This document shows positions 1-8,552 of a DNA stretch of 64,000 nt, piece after piece. Both the position numbers and the translations under genes were made by a program. The notes beneath the pieces were generated by a model. It was not told the origin of the DNA. It made no database searches and saw only the letters and a list, made by a program, of their open reading frames with translations. The stretch lies in the NCBI GenBank assembly GCA_023213395.1, contig CM041465.1, forward strand, positions 130,951,741 through 131,015,740. The letters are read 5' to 3'. Source of the stretch: Cycas panzhihuaensis. Lineage: Eukaryota; Plantae; Cycadophyta. Position 1 is the stretch's first letter, and each line of letters starts with the position of its first letter.

Positions 1-2030
1 CCTATTGGTTCAATAGGGAGAGTCGAGTAATTAAGTCATATGCCATGTTCTCAGAATGATTCTATGCCCAAAATTCGAAAATGACAATAGTACAACCATA
101 TGGACGTACAAAGCAACATTTGTTAATTAGTAAGTAACTAGGGTTTTGTGTCATGAAAGGTTAAAAAATATGATTGTAAAGTTGCACCCTTTCAGGATTT
201 TGTCTATGTAAAAGGGTATAAATAGGTCATTTTCTCTTATTGGTTCAATAGGGAGAGTTGAGTAATTAAGTCATATGGCATGTTCTCAAGGGTGAGAGCC
301 GAGTTAGTGAATTATATGGAATGCTCTTGTGGGTGAGAGCTAAGTGATTGAGTCTTATGATATGTTCTCAACAGTGAGAGTCAAACAATGGAGTCATATT
401 TTATACTCTCTAAGATGAGAGATGGACATTGAAAGTGATGTAATGTTTTATGAACATATTCAATGTTGACTAATGAAATATATGAGTTATGAGGAAAAGA
501 CTTATGCATTCTATGTGATTGATGATTGGTTATGTATTGTGTGAATGAATATGTTACACATGTGATGAATATTGGAAAGCTATTATATATGTTGTAATTA
601 ACCTAAGTGCAACCAATATCAAGGAGTAAGGAGGACACACGGCGGCTACATTATCAAGTGGTTTTGGGGTGTCGATGGGTCGAGTAGCACTCAACATTAG
701 TTCCATTGCTAAATCATTGGAGTAGAAAAGAGCTCAAGGACTTGAAGATAGGTGGGAGTGCATGACCAAAGACCAAAGGACCCTGGATATCATTGTGATC
801 ATAGTTTCTAATTATAAACCATGACAACCAATGGACTTTCCACTCAAGCGACCTTCGGGTAATAGAGCACCATAATCAAGTTGTTAGAGGTTGATACATT
901 AGACAAAGGAAAGAAAACTAAGGCAAGCACATAAGAGAAGTACACCGCCAAGGAGGACTAAGGAGAAGGCAATGAAGTAGGAACACCCCAAATAGTCATA
1001 AGTGAAGGAGGCACTATGATAGAGGAAACTATGCCCAATGTATCCGAGCCAAAAGGGATTTTGACAGGAAGTGAGGAATTTTATCTAAAAGAAACCCAGA
1101 AGAGCACAAGTAGTGACAAAGAAGAGGTAGAAGAAGCTTTTGAGGCAATCTCGAAAAATTATTTTACTAGGAAATTATTTAATACATCGCTTGAACTGAG
1201 TGAGAGTTCATTTGTGATCAAAACAGCATTGGCAATTCAAATCTTAGGGTTGAAAGGAATCATTCAAGTAAAAGCCCTTATGGACAAAACATTGTTTAAG
1301 GAGAAGGAAGAGATGACACCAAAGGAAGGGATGTCACCTAAAGTGGCCACAACAAAAGGGAAAATAGTGGCACCGAGGACTCCTCCCAAGATGGCGTCTC
1401 GTTTGTAGCATGATGAAAGTGCCTTTAATCATTTAAAATTTGATAAAGCTATGGATGGAACAAAGCATCTACACCTCTTTAGAAACATGATTGAAATTAG
1501 AAACATCACTAATGAGAAGGATAATAAAGGAAAAATTGCCTACATGCTAAGGGGAGTGTTGTTGGTGTGGTACAAGGAACTAGATGTAACCACAAAGATG
1601 TGGCAACAAATTTGTGATGCCTTTTAGGTATTAAGAAACCTTAAGCAGTGCTGAGGTGAATCGATGCTTGATTATTCTAGTTGTATGTCTATTATAGCAA
1701 CCAACATTACTAGTAGGGAGAAGCTACTAGTTTTCTATTGAAAAACTACATTATGAATGGGTCGTAGCCCTGGCTAAGAAATGCATTGAAACAACGACCA
1801 AATAAATCGTTCACAGAAGCAAAAGAATTGGCCATTAGGTTTAAAAAGGAACTAGACTTAGGGGAATCAAGCACACAAGACAATGTGCGAAGGTTGTTAC
1901 ATGAAGAAATCAAGGAGTTAAGAGTGGAAAAGACATGCAAAACCATAATGAGAGAGGAGGCATGTGAAAATTACGAGAAAAGAAGAAAGAGTCGATAGGA
2001 GACCAACCAAGCAATAGTAGTTAAAGCCTG
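1..2030 (+). mobile_element. Truncated Ty3/Gypsy fragment (LTR-like part plus decayed gag), related to Gypsy B
   Basis: ORF 1016-1408 continues in frame past a TAG into HDESAFNHLKFD...HLHLFRNMIEIRNITNEKD...AYMLRGVLLVWY, matching Gypsy B gag (QNDFAFSSMQFDG...HLALFKNMLKIKKVTNPKE...STLQGATIAWF). 1-650 is AT-rich and LTR-like with internal repeats. Right boundary approximate. Confidence 0.65.
253..425. repeat. 41-bp tandem repeat, about 4 diverged units; a related 58-bp block recurs at 1-58
   Basis: GAGAG-initiated units at exactly 253, 294, 335, 376 and 417; 1-58 nearly matches 236-293. Confidence 0.8.
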
Positions 2031-3305
2031 ATGTCTTTGTTGACTTTACACTTCTACTGCCTATAAGGTACACTTGTCGAGGGGGTCACTATTTGGTAGT
2101 CCAGTTAGGATTCAACCAACATGTCAGTTTCATAACACATCACACGTGCCATGCACTTGTGGATCCATTCACGTATCATAATCACGGCCTCGTAATCTCA
2201 AAATGACATCATAACAATCACAAAATCAAGCATAAATTCATAGTGGTGGAGGGATAGGTTGGCCATACCTACGGCCTCCAATTAGGGATTATCTTGATAA
2301 CCATCCAGAAAAACTAAAAATCTTTAATCAAAATAATTAATTTAGCTGGCCCAACATCATTCATAGCCATGGGACACGTATGCACTTCTCTTCAGAGAGT
2401 ATATTGTTGCTCATTGGTGAATGGAGTGAGGACCGGCAGTACCTGGGCTCCATGTTTACTTGGATTTCATCACCAAGGAATGTTGCGGGTATCGTGGGTG
2501 AAGGCCACTAATTACATATACTAGAAGCCCCCTTAGGCATCGGCACCTCACCTACTTTGGACACAAGTTAGAGGTTTGGGTTTGTTGCAAATCCTACATC
2601 ACTTTGGTTATCAGTTGTGTGCAACCACATGCCGGCTTCTATATAGGCCTTGTCACTTATCTTGATTAGATCACTTATACCACATACTTATTTGTGATCT
2701 ATTTGCTTCCACATCTTACATTGTATTACGTCATCATTCCCTACTGCATCATGTAGACCTGTCACAAGTGTCTGTGACTCCACCTTCTTCTACTTAGTGC
2801 ATTTTCATACACATTTATATATATCACTCTTATTCATCTTTTCACACCACCATGTCGACCAACTTCAAGCAGAATGTAAACAGTATGCTAAAGGGGAAGG
2901 AGAACTGGGATCTATGGTTCACAGGAGTTAAGAATGCAACCAAGTACGAGGGACTCTGGCTGGACCACTTGGAGTTAACCTCGATAGTACCTACTACCAA
3001 CACCACACCATAGAGCGGCCACACCTCCAGCTCCTCCACCTAATAATCTGCAACGACGACAATGGATCATTGAAGACCAAAAGATTAGAATAGGGATTCT
3101 GCTAGTTACAGATTATTTCTTGCACAAGCTGACCGATGACATGCAGCATGACACTGCGTTCAAGGTCCTCGAAGTCCTCAAAAGGAACTTCGATACTCGA
3201 TCAGATTTGGAGTTTGTTCATATGGTATTGAAGATGAACAAGATGCGAATGCAAAAAGGGCGATCTTGATAGGGATTTTAAGACCCAATGCATAACTTGG
3301 GCCTT
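2031..3305 (+). mobile_element. Copia A, segment 1: leader and gag N-terminus (ATG 2852), interrupted by Gypsy B
   Basis: 2852 reads MSTNFKQNVNSMLKGKENWDLWF, a Copia gag L.G.ENW..W start. Gag resumes at about 20764. No 5' LTR found in the window. Confidence 0.7.
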
Positions 3306-3427
3306 TGTGTGCCGCACACTTATCCATTACGTCATTGCTCTTAATGAATTATGCAAGCACAAGGAACAATCAATATAATGCAAAACATGATATCATTATA
3401 ATAGTGAATTATGCCTGGTCCTCTCAC
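3306..3427 (-). repeat. Gypsy B 3' LTR remnant (terminal 122 bp only)
   Basis: Near-identical to 14674-14795; abuts the truncated RT directly. Confidence 0.85.
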
Positions 3428-3428
3428 C

Positions 3429-3950
3429 TTATACGCATATGTCCCATTCAATGATAAAGGTTATCTTCAGGTGGTTTTTCTCCGCAATTCTCACATGATT
3501 ATATCCGCTGAATCCGTCCGTGAATGAGTAGACTTCATGACCTGCTACCTTTTCCAGAATATCCTCCGTGAAAGGTATTGGAAATGGATCTCTTTTTGTC
3601 ACTTTATTAAGGGCTCTGTAATCCACGCAAACACAAAGCTTCCCATTCTTTTTGGGTACCACCACTACCGAGCTGACCCATTTACTGGTTCCCACTTCAA
3701 AAATATATCCAACTTCCAACAATTTGTCCAATTCCACTTTGACCTTTTCTTTATATTTCAGATTCATCCGATAAGGACGCTGGCGAACTGGTTTCGTTCC
3801 TTCTATTAACTCAATTCGATGTTCTCCCAGTTTTGGTGGTATTCCTTTTAAGTCCTGATAAGACTGGGGCAGAACATCTTTATATTCGGAAAACAGATTT
3901 GTGGCCTACTGCACAATCTCCTCATCCCAATAGTCTCCTTTTGAGATCAT
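3429..3950 (-). pseudogene. Gypsy B reverse transcriptase, N-terminal half
   Basis: EHRIEL..GTKPVRQRPYRMN...ELDKLL...WVSSVVVVPKKNGKLCVCVDYRALN...DGFSGYNHV; truncated before MPFGL/YxDD. Confidence 0.9.
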
Positions 3951-4126
3951 TTACGGATGTTCTTTTGTGCCCACATCTATTTTCTATATCTTCAATTGTT
4001 TGCTCTGTATTATCTTGCCGTCCTACGCCAACATATATGCTGGTGTTTGTTAAATTATTTTACTCCTTTTTGTTTCACTTCGATTTGATTACAATTTAAT
4101 TCAATTCCTATTTTGGGGGTGTTGGT

Positions 4127-4400
4127 CTAGGAATCACCAATGTTCCGAAATGTGGTCGAGTTACTGTCCTCTTTTTGAAATCTTAATAAGAAGCTTTTGC
4201 ACAATTCAGGCCATGATTTAAACTTACTACTATTATTCGAGAACCATGCTGCAGCTTGACCCTCAAGTGATAATGCAAACAAGTAACAAAAATCTTGATG
4301 CTGATTATTATTTGTTAACAATTGATTACAATATTCTATATGATTTTCGGCTTGATTTACTTGTCCCCAGAATTTTCTTTCGTTGCTAAATTTTTCCTCC
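4127..4400 (-). pseudogene. Second Retrotrans_gag (capsid)-like domain lying between PR and RT of Gypsy B
   Basis: KFWGQVNQAENHIEYC...FCYLFALSLEGQAAAWF...KSWPELCKSFLLRF fits the Retrotrans_gag consensus LF..SL.G.A..WF...SW.EL...FL.RF. Confidence 0.75.
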
Positions 4401-4551
4401 AAGCTTGGTGTGCACTGTGCTGCTTCTTGCCCCGTTTCATCATTTGATTCCGAAGGGTCCATACATGCTTCCAACTTATAGCATGAAGCAGATTCCGTCT
4501 CTCCCCAAGTGTTATGTAGCCAATTCATCATATATATGCATTTGTCTGAAG

Positions 4552-5202
4552 TCAATATACCACTTCCGAACATGGGCTTATAGTGGGTTCTAATTTGACC
4601 GTTGTGGATGAAGCTCGTTCTTCATCAGCTATCTTTTCCATCTGAGGCTTGTCTGAGCATAATAGCAAGGTCATTGCTTTATTTCTGGCTTTTAGTGTGA
4701 ATGTGAATTCCCCCCAGTTTTGAATTGCTTTCGTCGCTGGTAACCACGGTATTCCTAATAAAGCTAGATACATTCTTTTTTCGTTTTGCATTTGCACCAC
4801 CACGAAATCCAATAAAACAGTGATTCCTGCAACTGTGGTTGGAACATTCATTAACGTTCACATCAGTCTCACCTACAATTGGTTGGTCAGTCTAATTGAA
4901 TAGTCTGGGGCTACCATCTCCGTCCTTCCCAATTCTATCCAAGAAGACTCGGGGAGTACATTGACTCGTGATCCTCCATCCACAATTGTTTTACACAACA
5001 TTGTGCCAAAAATAATCATTGGCACTCTTGGATCGACCCCTTTTTCTTTGACAGCTGTTATGACAGGTTTTTTTATCTGAACTAAAATCAATTGCTGAAA
5101 ATAGCCAGCTTCCCACCATTTGAATACTGCTGCAATTGGAATTGAGATTCCTAACTCAATCAATAAATCTTTAACCATCTGGAGCCTTGCCCATGGATTC
5201 AT
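4552..5202 (-). pseudogene. Gypsy B aspartic protease (frameshifted)
   Basis: IVDGGSRVNVLP active-site motif, followed by LDFVVVQM...YLALLGIPWL. Confidence 0.85.
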
Positions 5203-5613
5203 ACTTTTTTTTTGCTACGGTTTTATAGGGGCTGGTCGTCGCTTATAGATTTGTCCTTTAAATCGTCCTTCCTGATGAGCTTCTTCTTACTGTACTTCGC
5301 TCATTGCGTCTTGTAAGATTTTGACAGCTTCTTGAAGTCTCTACTTTTTTACTACTGGATCCAGGAAGGCATCCTGGATAGGTGTGGAGGTTGTCTTTCC
5401 ACTTCGTGTTTGCAATTGGAGAGGCACTTCTTTATCTGGAACGATCGATTTGCATTTTGCGTGTTATTCTTTGGACAATTCACCCACTCGTGGTCTGCTG
5501 GTCCACATTTTTCACAAATGAATTCTCCTCCTTTCTTTTTTAATAGGCATTCTAATCTGAAATGATCCCATCTTTGGCATAAAAAACATCTGACTGGCTT
5601 AGTCTTCCCTTTA
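5203..5613 (-). pseudogene. Gypsy B gag C-terminus with two zinc knuckles
   Basis: CFLCQRWDHFRLEC and CEKCGPADHEWVNC; split from the rest of gag by Copia G. Confidence 0.8.
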
Positions 5614-5618
5614 TATTG

Positions 5619-6056
5619 TGTTAGAAGTATTAATGTCACTTTTAGGTTATTCTTAAGTTATTATTTAAGTCACATGTGTAATTTCTGATTTAAGTGATTC
5701 TAAAGTTAAATGTTTAGATGTTAAGTTTAATATTATGTGAAAGGTTGCGCAATCCCACATTTCAATGAACCTTTCTTGTTATTTATATTTTCTCCTAGAT
5801 TCAAGGAGTTGGTTCCTGGAATCTAGGAGGCTGTCTAGAAGCCTATTTCAAGGCTGGTTTTGCCTTTCATAGATAGTTTTGATCATGGTATTGTATAACA
5901 TTTATTCTTAATAAAATTCTAGATTTAGGAGGTGGTTTTTCTTCCCCAGAAGGGGTTTTCCACTTGTCAACCCTGTGTACATGTGCATTGTCTCTTTCTT
6001 TTGTATCTCTTCTGTTCCTGTGATGTTATGACTTTGTACATGTGTGTATTCTATCA
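5619..6056 (+). repeat. Copia G 5' LTR
   Basis: Direct repeat of 12619-13064. Confidence 0.95.
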
Positions 6057-6068
6057 TGGTATTAGAGC
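6057..6068 (+). promoter_or_regulatory. Primer-binding site (initiator tRNA-Met type) of Copia G
   Basis: TGGTATTAGAGC, one mismatch to TGGTATCAGAGC, immediately after the LTR. Confidence 0.9.
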
Positions 6069-6511
6069 TTTGACCAAGACACTTGTACTATTACATAACA
6101 ACCAGAACCAAGCTTCTACCTTCTCATTTATTTTGAAACAAATAGCAAGGCACATATGCCAAAGGAATCCTTATGCACATTCTCTATCCTCTCACTTATT
6201 TTGGAACAAATAGGCAGGCACATATGCCAAAGGAATCCTTATTCCAGGTGCTGCATTGAGGTATTGTGACTTTCTTCTTCCTGAAAATAATAAACTGGTG
6301 ACATTGATAATATGTATGAATTCTTCATGAATTGAAGAAATGATGACTCGATCTCTGTTAAGCCATCCCCACTTGGAATTCAGGTAAGACAATAATGTAC
6401 TTCACTACATCTAAAATCAGTATTAGTTTCCCAATATTCAATACTGTTACAAGCTGCTTCACAAGGCATTAGGATAGCTTTTCAAAACTTCTATGAATAT
6501 TGTTGACAAGT

Positions 6512-6890
6512 TTAGAGTCCATTACATGAGACACATTCTCTTCTGTGGTGAGGGATGTGAAATTTTGGCTCCTTTGGTATTGTTAGACGCCTTGTGGACC
6601 TTCTTGGCGTAAAAAGGCATGATCTGAGCACGCTGAATCATCTCTTTCCTCAATCCCTTAATCTCTTCCTCTTCAATCAGCTTCTGCAGCCTCTCTTCTT
6701 CTAGCCTTTGTTGTTCCAAAAAGTATAAATTTTCAGCAACAAGGTGATCGAATTCAGCATGTTCAACTGCTCTTATCTGAGTATGGAGCTTTATATCTAA
6801 TGGCTTAGTTCGTCCTTTCACTGGAGGCTTTGGCAAAATCTGTGGCACATCTGTGGTCCATGGCAGCCCTTGTACAACTGTGGCAATTCT
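6512..6890 (-). pseudogene. Captured processed fragment of a plant TPX2-like (TPXL/MAP20-type) microtubule-associated protein gene, C-terminal TPX2 domain
   Basis: QGLPWTTDVPQILPKPPVK..TKPLDIKLHTQIRAVEHAEFDHLVAE...EEERLQKLIEEEEIKGLRKEMIQRAQIMPF, then after a frameshift TPRRSTRRLTIPKEPKFHIPHH...stop at 6512-6514. No introns. Confidence 0.85.
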
Positions 6891-6999
6891 GTTGCAGAGG
6901 AGTCGTTGGAGAATCGACCTGCCAACCTTGGAGCCGTTGAGAGAAATCGACTTGCAACAAAACAAGGAAGAAAAAGAGCCAAACGACAGAGCCCGCGAG

Positions 7000-7149
7000 A
7001 GTCGAACGGCAGATGAAGAAGAGTATGAGGCTCACTCCGTTGAGGAGGCCTTGACACAGATAATTGTTAATAATCTACCACTTGATCGCCATCCCGAGAG
7101 ACGCCTTAAGGGATTGTTTAAGGCTTTTGAGGAAGCTGAGCTTCAAAGG
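7000..7149 (+). pseudogene. CCDC124: Captured fragment of a CCDC124/Lso2/Oxs1-family gene
   Basis: SRTADEEEYE-AHSVEEALTQIIVNNLPLDRHPERRLKGLFKAFEEAELQR contains the family hallmark DRHPERR.KA.F.AFEE.ELP. Confidence 0.85.
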
Positions 7150-7462
7150 CGGCACGGGAAAAGGAGGAACAAAGCGAAGTTCCCCAAGTCGCGAGCAGCT
7201 TTGAAGAAGGAACAAAGCACTAGCTCTACAAAGAGGCATCGGCTCTAGAGGCCGCAATAGAAGCTCTACGCCATTGAAAGAACGCTCCAGACCTGCAACG
7301 AAAACAGAGTGCCGCCATGAAGATGTAAAGCAGGTAGGGTTTCGATAAAATCTAACCCTCTTAGACCCAACCCAATATAAAATACGATTTTGTTAAGAAT
7401 AATCTAACTTCCCGTCGGGTCCGCGACCTCCCTTCTTTTTTATTTTGTTTTATATATAATCT

Positions 7463-7490
<28 letters not shown>
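7463..7490. repeat. (TA)14 microsatellite
   Basis: Read directly. Confidence 0.95.
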
Positions 7491-7493
<3 letters not shown>

Positions 7494-7850
7494 GCTAAAT
7501 TAAAACCTAAAGTTTTTAAGTTGTTAAACTTTAAGATATATCTCCCCCCTATAGCTTATAAACTCTCTCTTGTTAATAGGAACCCACCTACACTTTGATT
7601 AATTTTTTTTTTAACTTAAACTTCTATTTATTATAAAATTTTTTCTTTATTACATTTTAAGACATTTAATCTATCATTACAAAAGCCTCCCCCCTTATAT
7701 ATATTATCACATTTAATTATAAAATCAAAGTAAACTATACCCCCCCCCCTCGCATTATATCTTACCTTATATACTATTTGTTTATATGTCCTATATAGGA
7801 TATATATCAACTTTAAAACATTCATTATAAGATTAATAAAGCCTAGATCA

Positions 7851-7894
7851 ATACTTTTTTCGGCCTTTTTTGGCTAAGATCAAGTGTATCATCT
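7851..7894 (+). ncRNA. U2: U2 snRNA 5'-end fragment (pseudogene) inside Copia G
   Basis: ATACTTTTTTCGGCCTTTTTTGGCTAAGATCAAGTGTATCATCT vs plant U2 ATACCTTTCTCGGCCTTTTGGCTAAGATCAAGTGTAGTATCT. Similarity stops after the branch-point recognition region; no USE element seen upstream. Confidence 0.85.
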
Positions 7895-8552
7895 ACTCTA
7901 TAATGGTGTTATGTGGATTACATTTGTAGTTTTGTCAAAAATAAAATTTCTCTATACCTAATATAAATACTACTAGAATTTTTCATAAGTCTAACATTTT
8001 TAACTTGGGAAAACTACATGTGTTACATAAATATGTTTTAATGTCTTCTAGCTTTTAATGGATGTTATTCTCACCTATTGTACAAGATTTTTTTAAGGTA
8101 CCACAAGCATGCTACCAATTTCATCATGTGGTTGGTAAATATTATTGAGGTACATTTTATTTAGCTAATTTAATTCTCATTTTAAAGGCATTAAAATAAA
8201 TAAATACTCGTTAAGTTCCTTTTGAATTACTATATTCTCTGCTTTATTTGCTAAACAACAATAGTAAAACATAGGAATTTGAACACTTATTTTTAAGGGG
8301 AACTGTTTATTTTTTAATTAAGTAGAACTATTTCTTTAAGAGGGACTATTTTTTCTAAGAGGACTTATTTATTTAGCAACATGTGATTTTTAATTAAGGG
8401 AAAAGCCAATAATACATGCTACAATGCTTTTTTATATTCTTTACTCATGTCTGTTAAAATGTTAATTTGATGATTAGTAATCTTACTAAGTGATTATTTT
8501 TCCACCTATCATTAAATCCTTCAATTTTCAATCAAACTTGATAATTCTCAAT

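Noticed and set aside
6522-6965. Functional TPX2-like gene
   Set aside because: N-terminally truncated, frameshifted and located inside an LTR element.
7851-8050. Functional U2 snRNA gene
   Set aside because: Only about 44 nt match; no Sm site or 3' stems, no USE promoter, and the branch-point motif is mutated.
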